Source of the DNA: an uncultured Gemmatimonadales bacterium
GTDB taxonomy: Bacteria > Gemmatimonadota > Gemmatimonadetes > Longimicrobiales > RSA9
DNA length: 64,000 nt
Assembly: GCA_963783305.1 (NCBI GenBank)
Contig: CAWAMW010000011.1
Span: 64,001-128,000 of the forward strand
Direction of reading: 5' to 3'
Shown: positions 47,425-59,957 of the stretch, in pieces
How positions within the stretch are numbered: the stretch's first letter is position 1
How the letters are laid out: each line of letters starts with the position of its first letter
Position numbers and translations under genes: made by a program
The notes under the pieces: generated by a model
The model's database searches: none
Told to the model about the DNA's origin: nothing
What the model saw: the letters and a program-made list of their open reading frames with translations, nothing else

Positions 47425-48012
47425 ATGCAGGAGACCATTTTCCGAATCCGGAACGCCGCTGCCCTCGAGCTTGTCCCGGACCGGAACGCCCGCCGCGTGC
47501 TGGCGGTGAGCGCCTTCGCGCTGGCCACGGCCCTCGGCGCCCACGTGGCCGTGCCTCTGACGCCCGTGCCCGTGACGCTCCAGACGCTCTTCGTGATCCT
47601 CGCCGGCGCCATGCTCGGACCGTCGCTGGGGGCGGCCTCCCAGATGGCCTATCTGGCCATGGGCGTGGCCGGAATGCCGGTCTTCGCCGGCGGCTTCGGG
47701 CTCGCGTACCTGGCCGGTCCCACCGGCGGGTACCTCCTGGCGTTCCCCGCCACCGCCTTCGTGGCCGGGATCGTCGCCCGCCGCGTCGCCGGACGCGGAG
47801 TCACGGCCGGGCTGGCCCTGTTCGTGGGCCTCTTCCTGGCGTCGCTGGTCACGCTGGGCGGCGGGACCGCGTGGCTCGCCGTCTACACGGGCGACCTGTC
47901 CGCCGCCGCTGCCGCGGGGCTCATTCCGTTCCTGGCGGGGGACGTGCTCAAGGTCGGGATCGCGACGCTCCTCGCCTGGCGCGGCCGCCATCGGACGCGC
48001 CGGCTGCTCTAG
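47425..48012 (+). CDS. bioY: Biotin transporter BioY
   Basis: [33 protein letters not shown]. Confidence 0.93.
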   Translation: MQETIFRIRNAAALELVPDRNARRVLAVSAFALATALGAHVAVPLTPVPVTLQTLFVILAGAMLGPSLGAASQMAYLAMGVAGMPVFAGGFGLAYLAGPTGGYLLAFPATAFVAGIVARRVAGRGVTAGLALFVGLFLASLVTLGGGTAWLAVYTGDLSAAAAAGLIPFLAGDVLKVGIATLLAWRGRHRTRRLL

Positions 48013-48021
48013 CCGTCGACC

Positions 48022-48951
48022 TTGAACGACGGGTGGCGCCCATGGTTCGTTCGAGAAGGCCGGCTCCGCACTCTGTGGCGTGTGCTGCTGTTCATTCTCG
48101 GCGTGATGGCCATCCTGCAGCTGGAGATGCTGCTGCTGCTCCCGGCGATAGGCCCGATCACCATGGAAGAGGACCGGCTCTCCGCCGGGCTGATCCTGCA
48201 GAGCGCACTGCTGCTGACCGCGGCCGTTCTGGCCGGCCGCGCCATGCTGCACTGGGTGGATCGGCGTCCCGGGGTCCGGCTCGGGTTCCCGCTGGACCGT
48301 CGCGCACCGCTGGAGCTCCTGGCGGGCGTCGGAGTGGGCGCGGGGATCGTGGCCGTGGTCGTGGCCATCCTGGCGCTGGCGGGCGCCTACCGCTACGTCG
48401 CCGAGGCCGGCTCACTCCTCGGCTGGATGAGCGTGGCCGGGGTCAGCCTGACGGCCCTGGCCATTCCCGCGGCCGCCGAGGAAGCGCTGTTTCGCGGCTA
48501 CATGCTCCGGACGCTCACCGAGGGCGCAGGCACCGCTACCGCGGTCGTGGTCACGAGCGTGCTCTTCACGCTGGTCCATGGCGCCAACCCGAACGTCACG
48601 ATGTTCGCCCTGCTCAACATCCTGCTGGCGGGAGTGCTCCTGGCGCTGGCGGTCCTGCGAACCGGCACTCTCTGGTTCGCTACGGCGCTGCACCTCGGGT
48701 GGAACTGGGTCATGGCCGGGCCGCTGGACCTGCCGGTCAGCGGGATCGGCGGGTACGATGTGCCGCTGTACGACGTGGCGGGAACCGATCCCGCATGGCT
48801 TACGGGTGGAAATTTCGGACCCGAGGGAGGATTCGCCGGCACGGCTGCGGCGCTGCTCGGGATCGCGCTGGTGATACGCCTGACCCGGCCCGGCGCCACG
48901 CTGGCCGGACACTACGTGAACGGGAGACATGAGCATGTCGAAGATCGATAG
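48022..48951 (+). CDS. CPBP (type II CAAX) intramembrane protease
   Basis: EEALFRGY, FTLVH, LHLGWN, LTGG.FGPEG; start uncertain. Confidence 0.88.
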   Translation: MNDGWRPWFVREGRLRTLWRVLLFILGVMAILQLEMLLLLPAIGPITMEEDRLSAGLILQSALLLTAAVLAGRAMLHWVDRRPGVRLGFPLDRRAPLELLAGVGVGAGIVAVVVAILALAGAYRYVAEAGSLLGWMSVAGVSLTALAIPAAAEEALFRGYMLRTLTEGAGTATAVVVTSVLFTLVHGANPNVTMFALLNILLAGVLLALAVLRTGTLWFATALHLGWNWVMAGPLDLPVSGIGGYDVPLYDVAGTDPAWLTGGNFGPEGGFAGTAAALLGIALVIRLTRPGATLAGHYVNGRHEHVEDR

Positions 48952-49783
48952 AATTGGCGTCGTGGGCGGCGGAACCATGGGGAACGGCATCGCCCACGTC
49001 TTCGCGCAGAACGGGCACGCGGTCACCCTGGTGGACGTGGACCGGGACAGGGTGGACACCGCGCTGGCGACGATCCGGAAGAATCTCGACCGGCAGGCGA
49101 AGAAGGGGATCATCGAAGAGTCCGCGGTCCAGGAGATCGTCGGGCGGATCCAGGGCGCTACGGAGATGTCGGCGATCGAGGGCGCCGACCTGGTGGTGGA
49201 GGCCGTTCCCGAGAAGCTCGAGCTGAAGGCCGGCATTCTCGAGAAGCTGGACGACATCGTCGGCGACGGGATCCTCGCCTCCAATACCTCCTCCATCTCC
49301 ATCACCGCCCTCGCCGCGCGGACGAAGCGGCCCGAGCGCGTCATCGGCATGCACTTCATGAACCCGGTGCCCGTGATGAAGCTGGTGGAGGTGATCCGCG
49401 GCCTGCAGACCAGCGATGACGTGACCCGCCGCGTGATGGAGGTCTCGGAATCCCTCGGGAAGACGCCCGTCGAGGTGAACGATTTCCCTGGCTTCGTGTC
49501 GAACCGGGTCCTCATGCCCATGATCAACGAGGCCGTGTTCGCCCTCATGGAGGGCGTCGCCGAGCCCGAGGCCATCGACACCGTCATGAAGCTGGGGATG
49601 AACCACCCCATGGGCCCCCTGGCACTCGCCGACCTCATCGGTCTGGACACGTGCCTCAACATCCTCGAGGTGCTCCACCGCGACATGGGCGACGACCGCT
49701 ACCGCCCCTGTCCTCTTCTCCGGAAATACGTGGACGCCGGCTGGCACGGCCGGAAGAGTGGGCGTGGATTCTATGGATATTGA
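48929..49783 (+). CDS. hbd: 3-hydroxybutyryl-CoA dehydrogenase
   Basis: GGGTMGNGIA, ASNTSS, GMHFMNP, PGFVSNR, HPMGPL.LAD.IGLD. Confidence 0.93.
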   Translation: MSMSKIDRIGVVGGGTMGNGIAHVFAQNGHAVTLVDVDRDRVDTALATIRKNLDRQAKKGIIEESAVQEIVGRIQGATEMSAIEGADLVVEAVPEKLELKAGILEKLDDIVGDGILASNTSSISITALAARTKRPERVIGMHFMNPVPVMKLVEVIRGLQTSDDVTRRVMEVSESLGKTPVEVNDFPGFVSNRVLMPMINEAVFALMEGVAEPEAIDTVMKLGMNHPMGPLALADLIGLDTCLNILEVLHRDMGDDRYRPCPLLRKYVDAGWHGRKSGRGFYGY

Positions 49784-50888
49784 CCTGGCCGAAATTACCG
49801 CCCTGGCGCAGCAGTTCGCGGAGGGCGAGCTGCGCCCGCACGTGGAGCGCTGGGACCGGGAGGCCGCGCTGGAGCCGGCGGTGCTGGAGCAGCTGGGGGA
49901 GCTCGGCTTCTTCGGCATGCTGGCGCCCGACGAGCATGGCGGCATGGACTTCGACCGCGAAACATACCTGGCCGTGCTGGAGGCGCTCTCCTGGGGCGAG
50001 CCCTCCATCGGGCTCACCCTGTCGATCCATAGCGCATTCGCCGTCTCCCTGCTCGTCCGCCACGGCACGCCCGAGCAGCGTGAGCGGTGGCTGCCCGAGC
50101 TCGCAGCGGGGGAGCGTCTGGGCTGCTTCGCCCTCTCCGAAGAGGGCGCCGGCTCGGATGCCGCGGCGGCGTCGGCCACGGCGGAGCGAGTGGACGCGGG
50201 CTGGGTCCTGAACGGCACGAAGAAATGGGTCACGAACGGTCGCATCGCGGGACTGGCGGTGGTGGTCGCCCGGACCGGTGGCGGGGGGGCGGCGGGACTG
50301 AGCGCCTTCCTGGTCCCTACGGACTCGAATGGATGGGTCGTCGAGGGTCGGGAGAACACGATGGGTATGCGGCCCGTCGAGGTGGTGACGGTCCGACTGG
50401 ACGCGCTTGAGCTGCCCGGCGATGCGCTGCTGGGCGAGGAGGGTGCTGGCTTCACGCTGGCGATGGAGGGGTTGGACCTGGGGCGGCTGGGGATCGCCGC
50501 CCAGGCGGTGGGGATCGCACGGGCCGCGCTGGACCACGCGGTGGCGTACGCGGACGAGCGTGAGCAGTTTGGTCACGCGCTGCGCGAGTTCGAGGCGATC
50601 CAGTTCAAGCTGGCGGACATGGCGACGAGGATCGCCGCCGCACGGTCGCTCCTCTACTGGGCGGCCGAACAGGGCACGACGCAGGCGTCCTCCATGGCCA
50701 AGCTGTTCTGCAGCGAGACGGCCATGGCGGTGACAACGGAGGCGGTGCAGATATTCGGCGGCTACGGCTACATGCGGGATTACCCCGTGGAGAAGCTGAT
50801 GCGGGACGCCAAGGCCACGGAGATCTACGAGGGAACCAACGAGATCCAGCGCGTGATCATCGCGCGGGACCTTTACCGGAACGGATAG
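49773..50888 (+). CDS. Acyl-CoA dehydrogenase
   Basis: [45 protein letters not shown] start at 49773. Confidence 0.94.
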   Translation: MDIDLAEITALAQQFAEGELRPHVERWDREAALEPAVLEQLGELGFFGMLAPDEHGGMDFDRETYLAVLEALSWGEPSIGLTLSIHSAFAVSLLVRHGTPEQRERWLPELAAGERLGCFALSEEGAGSDAAAASATAERVDAGWVLNGTKKWVTNGRIAGLAVVVARTGGGGAAGLSAFLVPTDSNGWVVEGRENTMGMRPVEVVTVRLDALELPGDALLGEEGAGFTLAMEGLDLGRLGIAAQAVGIARAALDHAVAYADEREQFGHALREFEAIQFKLADMATRIAAARSLLYWAAEQGTTQASSMAKLFCSETAMAVTTEAVQIFGGYGYMRDYPVEKLMRDAKATEIYEGTNEIQRVIIARDLYRNG

Positions 50889-50896
50889 AGGAGATC

Positions 50897-51952
50897 ATGG
50901 AGATATTCGACAAGATCGAGAAGCACGGGCACGAGCAGGTCGTCTACTGGTACGACCCGGCTTCCGGCTACCGGGGGATCATCGCGATCCACAATACCAC
51001 CCTGGGACCGGCGCTCGGTGGCACACGCTTCTGGAACTACAAGAGCGATGCGGAAGCGCTCACGGACGTGCTCCGTCTTTCGCGCGGCATGACCTACAAG
51101 TCCGCAGCGGCCGGGCTCAACCTGGGCGGCGGGAAGTCGGTGATCATCGGCGACCCGAAGGCCAAGCGCCGGGAGATGATCTTCCGGGCCCACGGTCGCT
51201 TCGTGGAATCGCTGAAGGGCCGCTACATCACGGCGGAGGACGTGGGCACCAGTGTCGAGGACATGGACTACGTCCACATGGAGACGGAGTACGTGACCGG
51301 TCTGGCCGGCCGGAGCGGCGACCCGTCCCCCGTCACCGCCTACGGCACCTACCGCGGTATCAAGGCCGCCGCCAAAGCCAAGTACGGCAGCGATGACCTC
51401 GATGGCGTGACGGTCGCGGTGCAGGGCACCGGCCACGTGGGGTACTTCCTCTGTGAGGACCTGGCCGCCGAGGGTGCCAAGCTCATCGTCACCGACATCG
51501 ATGACGAGCGGGTGAAGCGCGTGGTGGACGAGTTCGGTGCGAAGGCGGTTGGCCCCGATGAGATCTACGGGGTCGACGCCCAGGTCTTCGCCCCGTGCGC
51601 GCTGGGAGCCGTGGTCAACGATGAGACGCTCCCACGCTTCAAGTTCGATATCATCGCCGGCGCGGCCAACAACCAGCTGGGCGAGGAGCGTCACGGCAAG
51701 GAGCTGAAGGAGAAGGGCATCCTCTACGCCCCGGACTATGTGATCAACGCCGGCGGCGTGATCAACGTCTACGGCGAGCTCAACGGCTGGAGCCTGGAGC
51801 GCTCCAAGCGGAAGGCCGGCGAGATCTACGACACCCTCGACCAGCTCTTCGAGCTCGCGGAGGAGGAGGGGCTGCCCACGAGCGACGCGGCCGACCGGGT
51901 CGCCGAACGGCGAATCGACCAGGTCGGGTTGATGCACCGGACCTGGCTGTAG
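50897..51952 (+). CDS. Glu/Leu/Phe/Val dehydrogenase (leucine dehydrogenase-like)
   Basis: [48 protein letters not shown]. Confidence 0.93.
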   Translation: MEIFDKIEKHGHEQVVYWYDPASGYRGIIAIHNTTLGPALGGTRFWNYKSDAEALTDVLRLSRGMTYKSAAAGLNLGGGKSVIIGDPKAKRREMIFRAHGRFVESLKGRYITAEDVGTSVEDMDYVHMETEYVTGLAGRSGDPSPVTAYGTYRGIKAAAKAKYGSDDLDGVTVAVQGTGHVGYFLCEDLAAEGAKLIVTDIDDERVKRVVDEFGAKAVGPDEIYGVDAQVFAPCALGAVVNDETLPRFKFDIIAGAANNQLGEERHGKELKEKGILYAPDYVINAGGVINVYGELNGWSLERSKRKAGEIYDTLDQLFELAEEEGLPTSDAADRVAERRIDQVGLMHRTWL

Positions 51953-51961
51953 GGCGGATCC

Positions 51962-53230
51962 ATGGACGCACTCAGGTCGACCGACCCGGAGATCTTCGAT
52001 ACGGTCGCGAGGGAGGCCCGTCGTCAGCATGAGACGCTGGAGCTCATCGCGAGCGAGAACTTCACCTCGCCCGCCGTCCTCGAGGCGATGGGCACGGTGC
52101 TCACGAACAAGTACGCCGAGGGGTATCCGGGTCGCCGGTATTACGGCGGCTGTGAGGTGGTGGATGATACCGAGCGGCTCGCCATCGATCGCTGCAAGGC
52201 GCTCTTCGGCGCCGAGCACGCGAACGTCCAGCCCCATTCCGGGGCTCAGGCCAACATGGCGGCGTACATGGCGCTCATGCAGGCTGGCGACGGATTGCTG
52301 GGCATGAGCCTCAGCCACGGTGGCCACCTCACCCACGGCTCACCCGTAAATTTCAGCGGGCAGCTGTACGATGTGTCGGCGTATGGCGTGGACGAGGCCA
52401 CGGGCCGGATCGATTACGACCAGGTGCGGGATCTGGCGCGCGAGCGCCGGCCACGGGTGATCGTGGCCGGCGCCAGCGCCTATCCGCGGATCATCGACTT
52501 CGAGGCGTTCGGCGAGATCGCGCGCGAGGTCGATGCGGCGCTGGTGGTGGACATGGCGCACATCGCCGGCCTCATCGCCGGTGGGGTACACCCGAGTCCC
52601 GTGCCCCACGCCGATATCGTGACCTCCACGACGCACAAGACCCTGCGCGGACCGCGTGGTGGGATCGCCCTGGCGCGGGAGGACCACGCCAAGGCGCTGG
52701 ACAAGGCGGTGTTCCCCGGGATGCAGGGAGGTCCCCTGATGCACGTGATCGCCGCCAAGGCCGTGGCCTTGAAGGAGGCGTCCACCGAGGAGTTCCGCGA
52801 CTACGCTAGCCGGGTGGTGGCGAACGCCGCCGCACTGGCGGAAACCATCATGGAGCGTGGCTTCCAGCTCGTGAGCGGCGGGACGGACAACCATCTTCTG
52901 CTGCTGGACCTGAGCGACAGTGAGCTCACCGGCAAGGCGGCGGAGGCCGCGCTGGAGGCGGCGGGAATCACGACCAACAAGAATACGGTGCCCGGTGAGA
53001 AGCGCTCGCCCTTCGTTACGTCGGGTGTGCGGATCGGGACGGCCGCGCTGACCACGCGGGGAATGGATGAGGCGGACATGCGGCGGATCGGCAGCTGGAT
53101 GGCCGATGTGCTGGACGCCCCGGAGGACGAAGGAGTGCGCCGCAGGGTCAGGGAAGGGATCCGGGAGCTGACCGAGGCCTGGCCTCTCTATCCCGGCTGG
53201 CGCGCGGCACATTTCGAGGCGGCCGGCTGA
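51962..53230 (+). CDS. glyA: Serine hydroxymethyltransferase
   Basis: [40 protein letters not shown]. Confidence 0.98.
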   Translation: MDALRSTDPEIFDTVAREARRQHETLELIASENFTSPAVLEAMGTVLTNKYAEGYPGRRYYGGCEVVDDTERLAIDRCKALFGAEHANVQPHSGAQANMAAYMALMQAGDGLLGMSLSHGGHLTHGSPVNFSGQLYDVSAYGVDEATGRIDYDQVRDLARERRPRVIVAGASAYPRIIDFEAFGEIAREVDAALVVDMAHIAGLIAGGVHPSPVPHADIVTSTTHKTLRGPRGGIALAREDHAKALDKAVFPGMQGGPLMHVIAAKAVALKEASTEEFRDYASRVVANAAALAETIMERGFQLVSGGTDNHLLLLDLSDSELTGKAAEAALEAAGITTNKNTVPGEKRSPFVTSGVRIGTAALTTRGMDEADMRRIGSWMADVLDAPEDEGVRRRVREGIRELTEAWPLYPGWRAAHFEAAG

Positions 53231-53296
53231 CACGTTGCGTCCGGCGCGACCTTCCGCCAAATTTCTGTCGGAGTTTGACTTGCGCCATTGTAGATC

Positions 53297-53680
53297 ATGA
53301 ACGAGAGCATGGCATTTGCCGACGAGGTGATCGACCGTCTCCGTGAACGCCACCCGCGTTACCACGAGACGGCCTACCTCTTCATCCTGTCGGCCCTGCA
53401 CCACGTGCTGGAGCAGCTCGACCAGCCCCGGCACATCAGCGGGCGGGAGCTCGCCGAGGGCATGCGTGACCTGGCGCTCCGACGCTACGGGCCCATGGCC
53501 CGCACCGTTCTGGAGCACTGGGGCATCGAGCAGACCGCCGACGTTGGAGCGATCGTGTTCGCTCTCGTGGACGCCGGGATTCTCCTGAAGCAGGACGACG
53601 ACTCGCCCCATGATTTCGACTCCCTCTTCGATTTTGAGGAGGAGTTCGAGGAAAACTACCCATGGGGCGCCAGCATCTGA
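53297..53680 (+). CDS. Minf_1886-family conserved protein
   Basis: RY...AYLF, RHISGREL, YGPMARTVL.HWG..T.D.G.IVF.LV, DF. Confidence 0.8.
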   Translation: MNESMAFADEVIDRLRERHPRYHETAYLFILSALHHVLEQLDQPRHISGRELAEGMRDLALRRYGPMARTVLEHWGIEQTADVGAIVFALVDAGILLKQDDDSPHDFDSLFDFEEEFEENYPWGASI

Positions 53681-53716
53681 TCGGTCGGGGCGTACCAGAG
53701 ACCCACACGGGAGGGG

Positions 53717-53917
53717 ATGAAGATGACTGAGGCGAGCTGGCCGGAATGCCAGAAGTGCGACTCGGGACGCATGCTGCCACTTTCGGACTATGGGCGGGAG
53801 GGTGCCGCCATTCGCTACAAGGCCTGGGTCTGTTCGAACCCGGAGTGCGGCTTCAACATCCGGATCGACAACGGCGAGATCAGCTTCGGGCGCGCCATCG
53901 GCCCCAGCTACAAGTAG
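53717..53917 (+). CDS. Small 66-aa zinc-ribbon-like protein
   Basis: GGAGG RBS; CQKC ... LPLSDYG ... YKAWVCSNPEC; fills the intergenic gap. Confidence 0.75.
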   Translation: MKMTEASWPECQKCDSGRMLPLSDYGREGAAIRYKAWVCSNPECGFNIRIDNGEISFGRAIGPSYK

Positions 53918-53930
53918 CCCGGGAAGGCTC

Positions 53931-55475
53931 GTGACCCGCTCGGTCTACGGTCGGGAGCACGTCGCCCTCCTCACCGCGGCAGAGTCCGCGGCCCTCGACG
54001 AACGGTCCGACCTGGAGGGCATCCCCGGCCGCGCTCTCATGGAGAACGCCGGCCGGGCAGCTGCGCAGGTGATCGATCGGCTGTACCCGCACGGCCGGAT
54101 CGTGGCCGTGGTCGGTGGCGGCAGCAACGGCGGCGACGCCCTCGTCGCGCTCCGCTGCCTCCGGCTCTGGGGCCGCGAGGTGGCCTACCTTCCCCTCGGC
54201 TCAGGCGACCCGGATCCGGACCTCCTCTGCGGCCACCCGCTCGCTCGCATCCCCGACGCACAGATCGACGCGGCCTTCGCCGGCGCCGCGGTCCTGGTCG
54301 ACGGGATCATGGGCACGGGCGCCCGCGGCGCGCCCCGCGCCCCCGCCGCGGACATCATCGAGCGCATGAACCGCGCTGGCCCACCGATCGTGGCCCTGGA
54401 CATCCCGAGTGGCGTGGATCCCAGCACCGGAGAGGTCCCGGGCATGGCCGTCGAGGCGGACGTCACCATCATGTTCGGCTGGCCGAAGACGGGGGCGCTC
54501 TTCCAGCCGGGTCGCTCGCTCTGCGGCCGTCTCCTGGCGGTGGAGATCGGGTTCCCTCCGCTGAGGGATGGGCAGGCCGCGGCCGCGCTGATCACGCCCG
54601 ACTGGGCGCGCGCGCGGCTCCCCGTCCGGACGCAGGATGCACACAAGAACTCGGTCGGCAGGGTGACCGTGGTGGCAGGGCGGAAGGGAATGGCGGGCGC
54701 CGCGGCCATTGCCGCCCAGTCGGCGATGCGGGCGGGAGCGGGCTACGTGCGCATCGTCACGGAGGAAGCGAACCGCGTGATCGTCCAGGGGGCGGTGCCC
54801 GAAGCCATCTTCGTGGACCGCTCAGACCAGGGCGCGGTGGTGGGGGCGGTAACGGACTGCGATGCGGTGCTGATGGGGCCCGCCATCGGCACGGGCCCGG
54901 ACGCGGAGTCACTCTTCGACACCGTCCTGGATGCCCTCGACGGCCGCGGCTGCGTCCTCGATGCGGATGCCCTCACCATCCTCGCCGGCCGGGGCACGGC
55001 CACCATGCACCGCCTGCCCTCCCGCGCCATCCTCACACCGCACCCGGGCGAGATGCAGCGGCTCACCCAGCGCTCCGCCGATTCCATCAGGACCGACCCC
55101 ATGGCAGCCGCGCAGTCCCTCGCCCAAGCCACCGGCGCCGTCGTCCTGCTCAAGGGAGCGCCCTCGGTCGTGGCCGCGCCGGGCGCACCGGTTCTCGTCT
55201 CCACCGTGGGGTCCTCCGATCTGGCCACCGCCGCCATGGGCGATCAGCTCGGAGCGGAGACCGTGGCGTTCCTCGCCGCTGGCGTGCCCGTCGCCGACGC
55301 GGCCGGGCTCGCGCTCTTCTACGGCGGGCGCGCCTCCGAGCTCGCGGACCGCGGGCGGTCGCTCACGCCGCACGATGTAGCCGACGCCCTCGGCTCGGCC
55401 TTTGCCGACCCGGGACCGCCACGCTCTACGCTCCACCTCCCATTCGTGATCTTCGATCAGCCGCCTCGATGGTGA
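53931..55475 (+). CDS. nnr: Bifunctional NAD(P)H-hydrate epimerase/dehydratase
   Basis: LMENAG, GGGSNGGD, DIPSG, HK...GRV, VLDADAL, LTPHPGE, LLKG; GTG start at 53931. Confidence 0.92.
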   Translation: MTRSVYGREHVALLTAAESAALDERSDLEGIPGRALMENAGRAAAQVIDRLYPHGRIVAVVGGGSNGGDALVALRCLRLWGREVAYLPLGSGDPDPDLLCGHPLARIPDAQIDAAFAGAAVLVDGIMGTGARGAPRAPAADIIERMNRAGPPIVALDIPSGVDPSTGEVPGMAVEADVTIMFGWPKTGALFQPGRSLCGRLLAVEIGFPPLRDGQAAAALITPDWARARLPVRTQDAHKNSVGRVTVVAGRKGMAGAAAIAAQSAMRAGAGYVRIVTEEANRVIVQGAVPEAIFVDRSDQGAVVGAVTDCDAVLMGPAIGTGPDAESLFDTVLDALDGRGCVLDADALTILAGRGTATMHRLPSRAILTPHPGEMQRLTQRSADSIRTDPMAAAQSLAQATGAVVLLKGAPSVVAAPGAPVLVSTVGSSDLATAAMGDQLGAETVAFLAAGVPVADAAGLALFYGGRASELADRGRSLTPHDVADALGSAFADPGPPRSTLHLPFVIFDQPPRW

Positions 55476-56430
55476 CACGACTGGCATCCGGTCGCGAGTT
55501 CGACCTGATCCGCTCGTTCCTCGACGGCCTGCCGGCCTCGGGCCCCGGCGTCCGCGTCGGGCCGGGCGATGACTGCGCGGTCGTCACCGGTCAGGGGATC
55601 GCGGTCTCCGTGGACATGGCCGTGGAGGACGTGCACTTCCGCAGGACGTGGTTGCCCGCCCCCGACATCGGGTATCACGCGACGGCCGGCGCCCTCAGCG
55701 ACCTCGCCGCGGTGGCGGCCCGGCCGATCGGGGTCCTGGCCTCACTGGCTCTCGGGCCGGGCGACGAGAACGGACTGGGCCGGCGACTCATGGGCGGCGT
55801 GGCCCGCGCCGCCGCCGATGCCGGCGGCATCCTTCTGGGGGGGGACCTGACTCGCTCTCCCGGTCCGCTCGTGATCGACATCACCGTGCTCGGCGAGGCC
55901 GCCTCCCCGGTCCTCCGAAGCGGCGCCCGCCCCGGCCACGAACTGTGGGTCACCGGCCGTCTGGGCGGGGCGGCCGCGGCGGTGAAGGCGTGGCTGGCGG
56001 ACCGTACGCCGGAGCGGAGCGCCTTCGATGCGTACGCCCTCCCGTCCCCCAGGATCCGCGAGGCGATCTGGCTCGCGGAGCGGGGGATCCCCACGGCCAT
56101 GGTCGATCTCTCCGATGGCATTGCCGGCGACGCGGGCCACATCGCCGCCGCCAGCGGCGTGCGCGTAGTGGTGTGGGCGTCGTGGTTGCCGATCGCCAAC
56201 GCCGCGGCCGGCTCCGACGGAGTGACCCTGGCCGCCGCGGGCGGCGAGGACTACGAGCTCTGCTTCACGGCGACTCCCGGGGCGGTGACGGCGGTTCGTG
56301 CCGAGTTCCAGACCACATTCGGCGTCCCGCTGACGCGGGTGGGCGAGGTGGTGGACGGGACGGGGGCTGTCGTGCTGGACGAAGATGGTGAGCCGTTGGA
56401 GCTGGACGCGTTCCAGCACTGGAGGAGCCG

Positions 56431-56434
<4 letters not shown>
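55469..56434 (+). CDS. thiL: Thiamine-monophosphate kinase
   Basis: EFDLI, GDDCA, EDVHF, LSDLAA, GGDL, DLSDG, GGEDYEL. Confidence 0.95.
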
Positions 56435-58854
<2,420 letters not shown>

Positions 58855-59029
58855 CGGGCGCCGCCACCGTCGTATGCTCTACAATGGTGTAACACCCCGG
58901 AACCGAACCGTAACGCGTGAGTGACGCGCCGACCCATCTTACACGGCAGCAACGGCGGGGCCGCTCCCCGTCCCATAGTCAGACAGTAAACGTCACCGCG
59001 GCCTGCCGCGGGCCACACGGAGAGAGAAT

Positions 59030-59716
59030 ATGATGCGCAACGCACTCAGGGCCGGCTTCACGCTGATCGAGCTTCTGGTGACGCTGATCCTGCTGGGCCT
59101 CCTGACCGCAGTGGTGTTCCCGGTGGTCGTGCAGCAGATCGACGACGCCGAGCCCACCAAGGCCGCAAACGATTTTGCCAACATCAAGACCGGGATCGAA
59201 GTCTTCCACCTGAACCTCCGGCCCACCTGGCCGGGCGACCTGGAGGACCTGGTGCACCAGGTGGACGGGACCTTCGACAACGACGTGAACGCGAACAACT
59301 TCTCCAACCCGAACAAGTGGAACGGTCCATACGTCGATGCCGCCGTGGTACTCGGCACTGTTGGGGGGACGGGCGCCCAGGAGACCGGCGCCGCCGTCAC
59401 GACCGGCTTCGGGATGAGCATTCTCAACCAGATCGTCTGCTACAATGCGACGGCGAACACCTTCCAGCCCGCCGACGGCACCCAGAGCTGCACGGCCGGA
59501 ACGGACTTCGTGGCGCTCCTCGTGGACGGGTCGTTCTCAACCGCGGCTACCACCGACATTCCCAGCGAGTTCACCACGATCGACGAGCTCATCGACAACG
59601 AGGCTGACGGCTGGAGCACCGGCAAGGTACGCATGGCCAAGGCCACGGGCGCACTGTTTGATGGGACCGGCGCCCCCTCCTACATCGTCTACCTGGTGGC
59701 GCCGTACACCAGCTGA
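59030..59716 (+). CDS. Type IV pilin / GspG-like pseudopilin
   Basis: Class III signal RAG|FTLIELLVTLILLGLL; WPGDLEDLV and KWNGPY (GspG-like); two Cys; RBS and own terminator. Confidence 0.88.
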   Translation: MMRNALRAGFTLIELLVTLILLGLLTAVVFPVVVQQIDDAEPTKAANDFANIKTGIEVFHLNLRPTWPGDLEDLVHQVDGTFDNDVNANNFSNPNKWNGPYVDAAVVLGTVGGTGAQETGAAVTTGFGMSILNQIVCYNATANTFQPADGTQSCTAGTDFVALLVDGSFSTAATTDIPSEFTTIDELIDNEADGWSTGKVRMAKATGALFDGTGAPSYIVYLVAPYTS

Positions 59717-59739
59717 TCCCGAACAGCGGAAACCTGAGA

Positions 59740-59781
59740 GAGGGGCCGGCCGCGATTCGATCGCGGCCGGCCCCTCGTTTT
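59740..59781 (+). terminator. Strong intrinsic terminator after the pilin gene
   Basis: Perfect 17-bp inverted repeat GAGGGGCCGGCCGCGAT / ATCGCGGCCGGCCCCTC followed by GTTTT. Confidence 0.85.
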
Positions 59782-59795
59782 CACCCCGTCGCCGG

Positions 59796-59823
59796 TTGAC
59801 ACCCCCGCCCTTTTCGATAGTTT
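59796..59823 (+). promoter_or_regulatory. sigma-70-type promoter for the tRNA
   Basis: TTGACA (59796-801), 16-nt spacer, TAGTTT (59818-23). Confidence 0.65.
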
Positions 59824-59841
59824 TACCCGTCTGGCCAGCAT

Positions 59842-59913
59842 GGCAGGGTAGCTCAATCGGTAGAGCAACGGAATCATAATCCGTGCGTTGGGGGTTCGAG
59901 TCCCCCCCTGCTA
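59842..59913 (+). tRNA. tRNA-Met (CAT), probably elongator; CCA not encoded; one C short in the 3' C-run
   Basis: GGCAGGG-TA-GCTC aatcggta GAGC-A-ACGGA atCATaa TCCGT-gcgtt-GGGGG TTCGAGT CCCCC-CCTGCT-A. Confidence 0.9.
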
Positions 59914-59919
59914 CTGGAA

Positions 59920-59957
59920 ACAGAAGCGCCCCGGCGGTTTACGCGGGGCGCTTCTGT
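59920..59957 (+). terminator. Hairpin terminator after the tRNA
   Basis: 14-bp inverted repeat ACAGAAGCGCCCCG / CGGGGCGCTTCTGT. Confidence 0.7.

Noticed and set aside
47424..55469. Riboswitches before bioY, glyA or thiL
   Set aside because: These genes have 1-9-nt gaps or overlap their neighbours, leaving no room, and no aptamer consensus is seen.
59842..59913. Initiator tRNA-fMet call
   Set aside because: Lacks the C1:A72 mismatch and three consecutive G-C pairs in the anticodon stem; tRNA-Ile2 is less likely but not formally excluded.
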